From an uncultured Cytophagia bacterium (GTDB taxonomy: Bacteria > Zhuqueibacterota > Zhuqueibacteria > Thermofontimicrobiales > Thermofontimicrobiaceae), in contig CAZYNP010000003.1 of assembly GCA_964647995.1 (NCBI GenBank), forward strand, positions 132,571-196,570: a DNA stretch of 64,000 nucleotides. Reading direction: 5' to 3'. Positions 38,821-48,272 of this stretch are shown here, piece after piece; the stretch's first letter is position 1; every line of letters starts with the position of its first letter. The notes beneath the pieces were generated by a model. The model did not search any database. It worked only from the letters and a program-made list of their open reading frames with translations, and was not told the DNA's origin. A program made the translations under genes and the position numbers.

Positions 38821-38849
38821 TTGCTTCTCTGCTGCAAAGTGAGTAAATT
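38821..38849 (+). promoter_or_regulatory. Possible internal sigma70-type promoter
   Basis: TTGCTT, 17 nt, TAAATT upstream of 38910. Confidence 0.45.
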
Positions 38850-38909
38850 ACACCAACAGCTAAGCTGCGCTGCTCGAATATCAATGGATTTTTTCAGGAG
38901 ATGATCTTC

Positions 38910-40982
38910 ATGATTTTTATTGCTACCAAAAATTTTAAAAAATTCATCCTTGCGCTCTCGATTCTGTCGTTCATTGCTTCATGGGGTCTGGCCCAAACCA
39001 TCGTGCTCAAGCCGATCGATCTCAACACCCAATTAACCGATGGCAGTATGACCGCCGCGGCTGAGCCGCCGTTCACTAAAAATGGTTTTGAGAAAATTTT
39101 CGACGGCAATGCCTATACCGAGGCCGCGGTTCAAAACAGCGATTCCTTGATTCTCACCCTGCGATTTGGCAGCCCCATCACCATCGGCAAAAGCAAAGTG
39201 TTTTTCTGGAACAACGGTCACTGGACCCTGGAGGCCGCTGCTAATGAGGCTGATCTAAACGCCAGGCAAGGATCGTACCAGGTGCTCGTCTCGCAACGCC
39301 CGTATCGATTTTTTGGCTGGGACTCCTCTTCGTTTGCCGCACTGCCGGCCAAGCTTATTCGCTTACGAGCCTCGAATACGGAGTACCTGGGAATCTATCT
39401 CGGCGAGTGGATGCTTTTTCAGCCCGACCAGATCGTTGCGCTGCAAATCGTACCATCGCCCATTCAAATCATTCCTGGCACCTCGCTCACCCTGAAGTTA
39501 AATCAGGTGGATCATCAGGGAACTATTTCTGCCTATAATTTGAAGGACCCCATTTTCTGGAATACTACGGATCAATCCATCGCCACGGTGGATGAATTGG
39601 GAGTGGTTACCGGACTGGCCCTCGGAACCACCCAATTGACAGTGGATGCGGCGAATCTTCATGCCGCCACCTCGGTCACCGTCGTGCCTGATTTTAAAGC
39701 GACCAATGCAACACCATTAACCATCAAGGTCGCAGTGGTTTTGCAAGACCCGGTGATTGACAAAGTGAACAACCGGCGCATCCATCAGGTGCGCAATTGG
39801 ACGCCCCCAATGACGCTGATCTATCAGCTTCAGGAAGAATTCGCTCAAGCCAGCGATGGCGTGGTGCAATTTGAGCTGGCCGAGATTCATGACGATCAAT
39901 TTGTATTCACTCGACTGGATGGTCAATTCATGACCATCGATACGATGAACTATTATTACGGCCCCGGCGGGCCTCTGTATGGCCGCGAAGTGGAAGGCAC
40001 CCTCCAGAATCTGGCCGAAAAGTACAATCGAGTGCGCTTCGACTACAATGCGATGATCGATTATTATGACTTCGCCAACAAACGCAATCAAAATGTGATC
40101 CATGAAGTCTGGGTCTATGCACCACCCTTCGGGGGAATGTACGAATCGCAATTAGTTGGCCCCAATGCCTTCTGGTACAATTCGCCGCCCCTGCAGCATC
40201 CGGGATTGAATAAGCTCCTGTCGGTCATGGGCTGGAACTACGAGCGCGGCATTGCCGAAGCCATGGAAAGTTTTGGTCATCGTTCCGAGAGCGCCCTGGT
40301 GCATGCGTTTGGCGACCGCTGGGATGTGCATGCGGCCAATCCCACCGCGTGGGAAATTTTCACCCGCATTGATAAAGATTTCCCGGGCGGCGCCCATGTG
40401 GGCAATATCCATTTTCCGCCCAACGGCTTGAGCGATTACGATTACAGCAACCGGCGCTACGTGGTTACTTACGCTGATAATTGGAAACGATACCCAATCT
40501 TGCTGAACCAGAACCGCATGGTGAATTGTGCAGAATGGGGCAATACCCATCGTGGCTATTTGCACTGGTGGTTTAGCCATTTGCCGCGATTCACCGGTGT
40601 CACCGATGGCGTCCTGAATAATTGGTGGCATTACATCGTCGACTTCGAGGAGGCAGTGGCATTGGCCAACCAGCCTTCTCGCATCGAACCGGTCCTTGAA
40701 GACCCGCCTTATCGACCCATAAATTTTCGGCTGGAGCAAAACTACCCCAATCCATTCAATGGTCAAACCAACATTCGCTTTCACCTGACGGAGAAATCGC
40801 CGGTGAAGATCACCATTTTTGACCTATTGGGTCGCCAGATAGCCGTGATCCTGGATGAATGGCGAGAGCCTGGCGCACATACCGTGCGCTGGGAGGCACG
40901 AGATTGCGCCAGCGGCCTGTATTTTTATCAGCTCGAGTCTAACACATTTATTCAAACGAAAAAACTGTTGCTCATCAAATAA
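38910..40982 (+). CDS. Secreted protein: discoidin-like N-domain, Big_2 Ig-like domain, zincin-like domain with non-canonical ExxxH motif, PNPFN tail
   Basis: IFDGNAYT...LTLRF; WNTTDQSIATVDELGVVTGLALGTTQLTV; HEVWVYAPPFGGMYES...WNYERGIAEAMESFGHRSES...GNIHFPPNGLSDYDY; EQNYPNPFNGQT. Start 38910 gives correct spacing from AGGAG. Confidence 0.65.
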   Translation: MIFIATKNFKKFILALSILSFIASWGLAQTIVLKPIDLNTQLTDGSMTAAAEPPFTKNGFEKIFDGNAYTEAAVQNSDSLILTLRFGSPITIGKSKVFFWNNGHWTLEAAANEADLNARQGSYQVLVSQRPYRFFGWDSSSFAALPAKLIRLRASNTEYLGIYLGEWMLFQPDQIVALQIVPSPIQIIPGTSLTLKLNQVDHQGTISAYNLKDPIFWNTTDQSIATVDELGVVTGLALGTTQLTVDAANLHAATSVTVVPDFKATNATPLTIKVAVVLQDPVIDKVNNRRIHQVRNWTPPMTLIYQLQEEFAQASDGVVQFELAEIHDDQFVFTRLDGQFMTIDTMNYYYGPGGPLYGREVEGTLQNLAEKYNRVRFDYNAMIDYYDFANKRNQNVIHEVWVYAPPFGGMYESQLVGPNAFWYNSPPLQHPGLNKLLSVMGWNYERGIAEAMESFGHRSESALVHAFGDRWDVHAANPTAWEIFTRIDKDFPGGAHVGNIHFPPNGLSDYDYSNRRYVVTYADNWKRYPILLNQNRMVNCAEWGNTHRGYLHWWFSHLPRFTGVTDGVLNNWWHYIVDFEEAVALANQPSRIEPVLEDPPYRPINFRLEQNYPNPFNGQTNIRFHLTEKSPVKITIFDLLGRQIAVILDEWREPGAHTVRWEARDCASGLYFYQLESNTFIQTKKLLLIK

Positions 40983-41258
40983 GCCGATATTTTTGCCCAA
41001 TGGAACTGCTGTGCCATCAGACCTGAGCGCACGCACACTACAATTCGTTCTCGGTTGCCATCGGTGGTCAGGATCGTTGGCAAATTTTTATTACCGATTG
41101 GCTTCTGGAACCTGACTGATCACCTCATTGACTTCTTCTGGCTGATGTTGGGCCTGTGCTGGCAAAATGAGTTCAACATGCCAGCCAAGCTGGCCGCAGT
41201 TGCCTATAGCAGAGGGGATATTTTTTTATCCTGTGATACTTCAGAGCGAGGGAACCTA

Positions 41259-42638
41259 ATGTCAAAAATATTATTGAAGAACTGCTTTCATCTGGTGACC
41301 ATGAATCCACAGCGGGAGCGTTTCAATGGCATCGATCTGCTGATTCATGATCGGGTCATTCATCGAATTGCCCCCAATATCGTTGAACCTGAAGCGCTCA
41401 CAATCGATTGCTCAACCAAATTGGTATTGCCGGGTTTGATCAACTCCCATCATCATTTGTTTCAAACCCTCACCCGCAATCTGCCCGCGGTCCAAAATAG
41501 GGCGTTATTCACCTGGCTCACTACGCTGTATGAAATCTGGAAGTTCTTCGACGCCGAAAGTATCTATTACGCAACGCTGCTGGGTTGCGGCGAGCTACTG
41601 AAAACTGGCTGCACCACCACCACCGACCATCATTATCTCTATCCCAAAGATTTAGCGGCCGATATTCCCTCGTTGCAATTTGACGCGGCCGGTCAATTGG
41701 GTATTCGATTTTGTCCGACCCGTGGCTCCATGTCACGCAGCCGTCGCGATGGCGGTTTGCCACCCGATAGCGTGGTACAAAATGAAGACCAGATTTTAGC
41801 ACACAGCGAGGAGATGATTCAGAAATATCATGATCCCGCGCCGCTTGCGATGCGCCAGATGCACCTGGGCCCATGCGCACCATTCAATGTCACCCCGGAA
41901 TTGATGCGGGAGACCGCCCGGATGGCTCGGAAATATGGCGTTCGCCTGCATACTCATCTGGCCGAAACAAGGGACGAGGAAATCTACTGTCAGGAAACCT
42001 ATGGCCAGCGCCCGCTGCAATTTCTGATGGACCTGGATTGGATCGGCGACGATGTTTGGTACGCACACGGCATTCATTTCAACGATGACGAACTGGCATT
42101 GTTGGCCGCCACCCGTACCGGCATTGCCCATTGCCCGGCATCGAATATGCGACTGGGGTCGGGATTTGCCCGGGTGCCGGAGATGCTGCGATTGGGAATT
42201 CCCGTCGGCCTGGCGGTTGATGGCTCGGCCTCGAATGACAGCTCGGACATGGTGGGAGAAATGCGCCAGGCGTTGTTGCTTCATCGGGTTCGCTACGGCG
42301 CCGATGCGATGTCCGCAGAACAGGTATTGGAAATGGCCACGCTGGGATCGGCGCGCTTGCTGGGTCGCAACGACATTGGCTCGCTGGAAATTGGCAAAGC
42401 CGCGGATATTGCCATTTTTGACTTGAAAAAATTAGAATATACCGGTGCGCTATCGGACCCGTTGGCCGCGCTGATCTTCTCCGGCATCAATCACGAAGTT
42501 GATACCACCATCGTCAATGGCGAAATCGTGGTGCAAAACGGTCGGCTGGTGCGTTTTGATGAGGAGGAAATTATCCGCAAGGGCAACGCCCTCGCTGCTG
42601 CCATGTTGCAAAAGGCAAATTCAACCGCAATGCCATAG
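41259..42638 (+). CDS. 8-oxoguanine deaminase-like amidohydrolase
   Basis: PGLINSHHHLFQTLTR, TTDHHY, GIRF..TRGSMS, GPCAPF, LHTHLAET, AHGIHF, HCPASNMRLGSG, VDGSASNDS. Start 41259 after GAGG. Confidence 0.88.
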   Translation: MSKILLKNCFHLVTMNPQRERFNGIDLLIHDRVIHRIAPNIVEPEALTIDCSTKLVLPGLINSHHHLFQTLTRNLPAVQNRALFTWLTTLYEIWKFFDAESIYYATLLGCGELLKTGCTTTTDHHYLYPKDLAADIPSLQFDAAGQLGIRFCPTRGSMSRSRRDGGLPPDSVVQNEDQILAHSEEMIQKYHDPAPLAMRQMHLGPCAPFNVTPELMRETARMARKYGVRLHTHLAETRDEEIYCQETYGQRPLQFLMDLDWIGDDVWYAHGIHFNDDELALLAATRTGIAHCPASNMRLGSGFARVPEMLRLGIPVGLAVDGSASNDSSDMVGEMRQALLLHRVRYGADAMSAEQVLEMATLGSARLLGRNDIGSLEIGKAADIAIFDLKKLEYTGALSDPLAALIFSGINHEVDTTIVNGEIVVQNGRLVRFDEEEIIRKGNALAAAMLQKANSTAMP

Positions 42639-42751
42639 CCCAATCTACCAAGCTATTTTCAATTGGCGACAGGCAGCCGCGGCTCGACGTCACGGTGGTG
42701 CCCGGTTGATCCTGTCTATTGGCACATCCATCGTCTGGTGAGGATTTGATT

Positions 42752-43984
42752 ATGAACTACGTTATCATCCTGGGCGCCTTCCTGGCCGGATTCATCATCG
42801 CCATGGTGGTGGCCTTCGCGCTGCGACTGATTCAAGCCAAAAGCGCTCGGGACCTGGCAGTTGAACTATTCCAGGAAAGCGAACTCCAGCGTCGCGCCAA
42901 TATCGATGCCATTCTGGATCAGCTCAAAGCCAGTTTCGGCAGTCTATCGCTCAACGCTCTCTCGAGGTCCACCGAAGAGTTTTTGAAATTGGCCCGCGCC
43001 AAGCTCGAGGCCGAACGGGAATTGAGCAGCAAAGAATTGGATCAGAAAAAGCGGCTGATCGATCTGCAATTGCAACGGATGACTGAGGAATTGGAAGGCG
43101 TTGCGCAACTGATGAAGGCGCTGGAAAAGGACCGGGCCGAAAAGTTTGGGTCACTGAGCCATCAGTTAAAAGCCACCAGCGAACAGACCACCGCGCTCAT
43201 CGAAACCACGAACAAACTCCGCGAAGCGCTGGTGAGCACCCGCGTGCGAGGGCAATGGGGCGAGCGCATGGCAGAGGATGTGCTGCGCCTGGCCGGATTC
43301 ATCGAAAACGTCAACTATCTCAAACAAAAGCAGATCGATGGCACTCGCTCCCGACCGGATTTCACCTTCCTGTTGCCGCGAAATCTCACGGTGAATATGG
43401 ATGTCAAATTTCCACTGGAAAACTATCTGAAATATCTGGCGGCCTCCAACGAGTTGGAAAAAGAGCGCCATCGGAGCCTATTTCTGCGCGACGTTCGCGC
43501 CAAAATCAGCGAAGTCGCCACCCGCGATTATATCAATCCCGAACAGAACACAGTTGACTATGTGCTGCTATTTATACCCAACGAACAGATCTATTCATTC
43601 ATCCACGAGCACGACCGCTTTATCCTGGATGAAGCGCTGAAAAACCGGGTAGTCTTTTGCTCGCCCTTAACGCTCTATGCTATTCTGGCCGTCATCCGAC
43701 AGGCGGTAGACAACTTTGCGCTGGAGCAAACTTCCAATGAAATGCTGTCATTATTTGGCTCTTTCAAAAAGCAATGGCAAGAGTTTATGCAGCGAATGGA
43801 ACAACTGGGGAAGCGGATTGGTGAGGCCCAGAAAGAATATGAAAATCTGACGACGGTTCGTCGTCGTCAACTGGAAAAACCGTTGCGTGAAATTGATGCG
43901 CTGCGCTCGCAGCGCGGCCTCGAGCCGAAGCGCTTGCAGCTAAACGAGGAATCTGGCACTGACGGGTTGCAACAGCTCGAATAA
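42752..43984 (+). CDS. rmuC: DNA recombination protein RmuC
   Basis: N-terminal TM, coiled coil, RGQWGERMAE, RPDFTFLLP...MDVKFP, DYVLLFIPNE, SPLTL. Confidence 0.92.
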   Translation: MNYVIILGAFLAGFIIAMVVAFALRLIQAKSARDLAVELFQESELQRRANIDAILDQLKASFGSLSLNALSRSTEEFLKLARAKLEAERELSSKELDQKKRLIDLQLQRMTEELEGVAQLMKALEKDRAEKFGSLSHQLKATSEQTTALIETTNKLREALVSTRVRGQWGERMAEDVLRLAGFIENVNYLKQKQIDGTRSRPDFTFLLPRNLTVNMDVKFPLENYLKYLAASNELEKERHRSLFLRDVRAKISEVATRDYINPEQNTVDYVLLFIPNEQIYSFIHEHDRFILDEALKNRVVFCSPLTLYAILAVIRQAVDNFALEQTSNEMLSLFGSFKKQWQEFMQRMEQLGKRIGEAQKEYENLTTVRRRQLEKPLREIDALRSQRGLEPKRLQLNEESGTDGLQQLE

Positions 43985-43998
43985 TAACTAGCGCAGCC

Positions 43999-44056
43999 GC
44001 TCCTGCTGGATCATTTTGACGAATGGGTTTGAGAACCGGGTTCATCCAGCAGGAGC
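43999..44056. terminator. Long inverted repeat between convergent genes (probable terminator)
   Basis: GCTCCTGCTGGAT (43999-44011) and ATCCAGCAGGAGC (44044-44056), 13-bp perfect, 32-nt loop. Confidence 0.5.
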
Positions 44057-44070
44057 ATTTGAGCCTGCGA

Positions 44071-44487
44071 TCACTTCTGCGCAACTTGCTTGTCTTGCAT
44101 ATTTTTGACAATTCCGGCGGCGACATGGCGCACGGTCAGGTTTTTATCCTTTTTGGCCGCCTCTTTCAAAAATGGCAACGCTTTCTCATCACCAATCTGA
44201 TACAGGGCCGTGGCGGCGACAATGCGGGCGGCATAGCTCTTTTCAGCTTTAAGCATCTTCACCAGCGGTTTAACCGCAGCTTCGGTTTTCCTTTCGCCCA
44301 GCAATTGCGCCGCACTGGTGCGAATGCCTACATTTTCATCCTTGAGCGCATTGATCAGGTATTGATCATAATCAGACACCAGGGGCTCACTTGCCATTAC
44401 CGCGCCACCGACGAACGTCATGGCCCACATGGCCAGAACCAACCCAACTACAAAGCTCGATCGTGTTTTCATGATTGTATCCTCCAT
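44071..44487 (-). CDS. Small secreted HEAT-repeat protein
   Basis: Signal peptide; ALKDENVGIRTSAAQLLGE...AVKPLVKML...ARIVAATALYQIGDEKALPFL. Confidence 0.8.
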   Translation of the reverse strand: MEDTIMKTRSSFVVGLVLAMWAMTFVGGAVMASEPLVSDYDQYLINALKDENVGIRTSAAQLLGERKTEAAVKPLVKMLKAEKSYAARIVAATALYQIGDEKALPFLKEAAKKDKNLTVRHVAAGIVKNMQDKQVAQK

Positions 44488-44532
44488 CTATCATCCATGT
44501 TTCGTGTTGCCGTTTATTCGCTATGGTATCAG

Positions 44533-44547
44533 GCAAGCATTGTGCCA
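44533..44547 (-). promoter_or_regulatory. sigma54 (-24/-12) promoter for the HEAT-repeat gene
   Basis: Minus strand TGGCAC-AATGC-TTGC with exact GG-N10-GC spacing, 46 nt upstream of the ATG, next to a sigma54 activator gene. Confidence 0.85.
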
Positions 44548-44704
44548 CAACCGCGACCTGCGGCAACGAATAAGTCGATGTAACATAACTGATCTATTAG
44601 ATAGGAGCTTAACCTGCACTGAAGTTACCGGCCTGGACGGTTGAAACCGAAGATGGAAATCGAAAGTGATACCTTTCCCCCACCGCTGGAACATTTAGTA
44701 CCAG

Positions 44705-46222
44705 CTACATTCCATATCGTTGCATTTTTTCGCGCAGGGTTTTGCGGGCAATGCCGAGGATGCGTGCCGCGTGGGATTTATTGAAATTTACCTGAAGCAT
44801 CACTTTTTTGATGTATTCCTTTTCCAGCGACTCCAATGTCTCCGGGGATTCATCATTCATTGGCCGCCGGGCGAGAACAAAGGATGACGGTGGCAAAAAA
44901 TCGATCCTCAATTCATCGCCCTGCTCCATAATCACCGCTCGCTCGATGATGTTCTGCAATTCGCGAACATTGCCGGGAAAATCATAGCACGATAGTTGCT
45001 CCAGGGTGCTGGCGGCGATGCGCCGGATGTTTTTGCCATAACATTCATTATACTTCTGGAAAAAATACTCAGCCAGGAGCGGAATATCCTCCGGGTGCGT
45101 TCGTAGCGGCGGAATATGGATCTGAACCACATTGAGGCGATAATAGAGGTCCTCGCGAAACCGTCCCCGCTGCATGGCTTCGGCAAGATTTTTATTCGTG
45201 GCCGCGATCACTCGAACATCCACTGATATGGTGGCATTGCCGCCCAGACGTTGAAAACTGCCTTCTTGCAACACCCGCAGCAGTTTGGCCTGCGTCAGCG
45301 GACACATATCGCCGATCTCATCCAAAAACAGCGTCCCACCATTGGCATACTCAAAGCGGCCTTTTTTCTGACAGTACGCGCCAGTAAACGCTCCTTTTTC
45401 ATGCCCAAACAACTCGCTCTCGATGAGATTTTCAGGCAAGGCAGCACAATTCAACGCCACAAATGATTTGCCACGGCGCAAGCTTCTTTTATGGATCGCT
45501 CGGGCCACCAACTCTTTGCCCGTACCGCTGTCGCCCGTAATGAGCACGGTCACGTCACTGGGCGCCACACGCTCGATCAAGTCATGAATCCGTTGCATGG
45601 CCAGCGAATGACCAATGATCATGTCATTATGCAACCGCTGTTTAATGGCAGTTGGCTTTAGCGGCGCCAGTGAGGCGTCAATTGGGAGCGGCTGTTTTGC
45701 GACAGGAGAACCCTGGCAAATTAGCAAGCGTTCCAGCGCCAGACTGGCCATATTAACCACCAGCCGCAGCCGGGTGATATCGCCATTGGAATACTCTTCA
45801 CCCGTCGCTTTCTTGCCGATATTCAGGACACAGACGAATCGACCGCTTACCAATACCGGAATGCGGAGTTCACAATCAAAATATTTCTTCTCCTCGTCAT
45901 CGAACACAATGAGAAACCGATTTTTGCCCGCTTCGCTGATCGCGAATACTTCGCCGCCTTCATAAATCCAGGACCCGACTTGTTCCGCCAATTCGATACG
46001 GGGAGCAGTGTAGCTTCGAGCTTTGAAGCCCTGAACCTTCATCAGTTCCAACTGTCGGCTCTGGAGATCGAACATCATCAACGAGGCTTGCTGGCAACCA
46101 ATGAGCTGGCAACACGCAGCGGTAATATAATTAGCGAGTGATTCGGTATTCTGAAATGCCAGGATTTCTTCACTAAATTTCACCAATCTGGCAAGCAGGT
46201 CATCCTTGGGTTGAATATTCAT
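44705..46222 (-). CDS. GAF domain sigma54-dependent Fis-family transcriptional activator
   Basis: N-terminal GAF-like domain with no REC; [43 protein letters not shown]; [19 protein letters not shown]. Confidence 0.93.
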   Translation of the reverse strand: MNIQPKDDLLARLVKFSEEILAFQNTESLANYITAACCQLIGCQQASLMMFDLQSRQLELMKVQGFKARSYTAPRIELAEQVGSWIYEGGEVFAISEAGKNRFLIVFDDEEKKYFDCELRIPVLVSGRFVCVLNIGKKATGEEYSNGDITRLRLVVNMASLALERLLICQGSPVAKQPLPIDASLAPLKPTAIKQRLHNDMIIGHSLAMQRIHDLIERVAPSDVTVLITGDSGTGKELVARAIHKRSLRRGKSFVALNCAALPENLIESELFGHEKGAFTGAYCQKKGRFEYANGGTLFLDEIGDMCPLTQAKLLRVLQEGSFQRLGGNATISVDVRVIAATNKNLAEAMQRGRFREDLYYRLNVVQIHIPPLRTHPEDIPLLAEYFFQKYNECYGKNIRRIAASTLEQLSCYDFPGNVRELQNIIERAVIMEQGDELRIDFLPPSSFVLARRPMNDESPETLESLEKEYIKKVMLQVNFNKSHAARILGIARKTLREKMQRYGM

Positions 46223-46351
46223 ACGCCTATTATGCCATTGCCTAATATATTACAAAAGTGGATTTTATTGCCACTCTATTTAACGGATTGGCGCTGAAAA
46301 GTTGCAGCTTTTTTGGTACAGTAGTTGTGATTTCAAGATTTTGATATGAAG

Positions 46352-46387
46352 AAAAAAAAAACGCCTGTGGCCATATTGCCACAGGCG
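46352..46387 (-). terminator. Intrinsic terminator after the sigma factor gene
   Basis: CGCCTGTGGC-6 nt-GCCACAGGCG stem followed by 10 U on the minus strand. Confidence 0.9.
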
Positions 46388-46408
46388 GATGAACTTCGAA
46401 GGATATCA

Positions 46409-47266
46409 TTATCCCAGATATTTGCGCAGGGGCTCGAGCCGGGAGCGATGCCGCAGTCGCCGCAACGCTTTTTCTTTGATCTGGCGCACCCGTTCTCGCG
46501 TCAACCGGAAATGCTCCCCAATCTCCTCCAGCGTCAACGGCCGATCGCCTTCGAGACCGAAATACAGGCGGATGATTTCAGCTTCGCGGGGTTTCAGCGT
46601 CGATAAAATTTTATCGATCTCCACCTGCAGCGATTCTTTCATAAGCGTGCTATCGGGAGGGCTATAGCGATCGCTCTCGATCACATCCAACAAACTGTTG
46701 CCGTCTTCTTCTTTGAACGGCTCATCCAGGGACAGGTGCCGGGCCGATGTTTTCAACACGTCAGCGACTTCATAGGTTGACATCTCCATTTTGGAAGCCA
46801 CTTCATCCATGCTGGGCTCTCGGCCAAAGGTTTTTTCCAGCGACTCCAATGCCCGGCCGATTTTATTGATCGCCCCAACTCGGTTCAATGGCAAACGCAC
46901 AACGCGCGACTGCTCCGCCAGAGCTTGCAAAATGGACTGGCGAATCCACCACACCGCATAGGAAATGAATTTAAAGCCGCGTGTTTCGTCGAAGCGCTGC
47001 GCTGCTTTAATTAGACCCAAATTGCCTTCGCTGATAAGATCCTGCAATGGTAATCCCTGACCCTGATATTCCTTCGCGACGCTAATTACAAACCGCAAAT
47101 TGGCTTTGACCAGCTTATCCAGCGCAATTTCATCGCCTTTGCGAATACGTCGCGCCAGATCGATCTCTTCTTCGGGCCGTAAGGGAGAAAAACCACCAAT
47201 TTCTTCTAAATATTTTTCGATAGATTGTTTGGTGCGTGAACTGACCACTTTCTTCTTCTTAGCCAT
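46409..47266 (-). CDS. rpoD: RNA polymerase sigma70 factor, RpoD/SigA family, short form lacking region 1.1
   Basis: YLEEIG, ANLRFVISVAKEY, DLISEGNLGLIKAAQRFDETRGFKFISYAVWWIRQSI, TLEEIG...TRERVRQIKEKAL; 285 aa. Confidence 0.92.
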   Translation of the reverse strand: MAKKKKVVSSRTKQSIEKYLEEIGGFSPLRPEEEIDLARRIRKGDEIALDKLVKANLRFVISVAKEYQGQGLPLQDLISEGNLGLIKAAQRFDETRGFKFISYAVWWIRQSILQALAEQSRVVRLPLNRVGAINKIGRALESLEKTFGREPSMDEVASKMEMSTYEVADVLKTSARHLSLDEPFKEEDGNSLLDVIESDRYSPPDSTLMKESLQVEIDKILSTLKPREAEIIRLYFGLEGDRPLTLEEIGEHFRLTRERVRQIKEKALRRLRHRSRLEPLRKYLG

Positions 47267-47549
47267 ACTATTTCCAACTATTTCATATCTCAATTAGTAT
47301 ACACCCCACCCTTCAAACATACAGAAAAATATTTTTGCCTTCAGCAATTAGCAACCAAAATAGTAGCAACCCAAATAACCAAGCCATCCCTCTTAGGAAA
47401 TGAAATTTATCCGGATGGAATATCGAAGTTAAAAATAGCGGAGTACCGCCATGGGAATTTGCCCCATGGGGTTTATACCCTCCACACAGTTGTAGCCGAA
47501 ACATTAATTTTAGAAATATTGATTCCAGCTTTTTTCCGAATATGAACAA

Positions 47550-47741
47550 TCAGACTCGTTCGATGAATTTCATCTGTCGTCGAACCGCTTTCTCGTGCTT
47601 CAGCCGCTTTCGCTGGCTTGGCTTCAAAAAGTAGCTATTTTTTCGATAGTCGCGCAAGACTCCGGCTTGCTGACACTTCTTTTTGAATCGAGTGATAGCA
47701 CGTTCAATGGACTCGTTTTCTCCCACTATCACTTTGATCAT
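47550..47741 (-). CDS. rpsU: 30S ribosomal protein S21
   Basis: VIVGENESIERAITRFKKK...YFLKPSQRKR; AAAGGA SD. Confidence 0.95.
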   Translation of the reverse strand: MIKVIVGENESIERAITRFKKKCQQAGVLRDYRKNSYFLKPSQRKRLKHEKAVRRQMKFIERV

Positions 47742-48213
47742 AGAAAATCACATCCTTTCTCTCCCTTTATATTTTCATAATAACCCAATTGTAATTCAAT
47801 GTTGAAGTGGGGAAAACCCCAAAAGCAATATAGTTCCAATTGGCTCATCAAATTATCGTACCGAGCGACCTCCATCATCGATTAATCAAAATGGCCACCC
47901 TTATTCTTTTTAAAAACCGACCGCCGCTGCGGATTGCAGTGCCAATCGGGCGTAGTTATAGCTTCCACCTATTTTTACGTTCCGATTATATACTCACGCT
48001 TTTTTTGAAAGTTCCTTTCTAAAAAATTTTTCTATCCCACGCAATCATCTCAATGGACTGAAAATAAATTTTCGGTCACAATCTTTGCCTATTCATCATT
48101 TATGCCGGTTTTTATCGCCGCCGCGTACCATTTACGCGTGATGGCAACGATGATTAACTGGCAGTAGCTATTTAGCGTAGCCCCCTCAATTTCTATCAGC
48201 TCCCGGCCATTTT

Positions 48214-48242
48214 AATATACTAAATAAATCAGCAGAAGTCAA
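48214..48242 (-). promoter_or_regulatory. sigma70-type promoter upstream of rpsU
   Basis: TTGACT, 17 nt, TATATT on the minus strand. Confidence 0.65.
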
Positions 48243-48272
48243 GCGATTGCTGGGAGTTTTTTTACTTTTTTA

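Noticed and set aside
17945-41000. Genomic island or prophage integrated at tRNA-Asp/tRNA-Val
   Set aside because: No integrase, no duplicated tRNA 3' end seen, and the surface locus lies on the 5' side of the tRNAs.
40983-41258. Purine, xanthine or guanidine riboswitch before the deaminase
   Set aside because: No conserved core of these aptamers was recognised.
41055-41258. N-terminal extensions given by the ORF track (also 12986, 12104, 17922, 53643, 53698)
   Set aside because: Downstream starts have better SD spacing and match family N-termini, or the longer starts overlap promoters or neighbouring genes.
47313-47549. 78-aa ORF between rpsU and rpoD
   Set aside because: AT-rich, no SD, no family resemblance; probably non-coding spacer.
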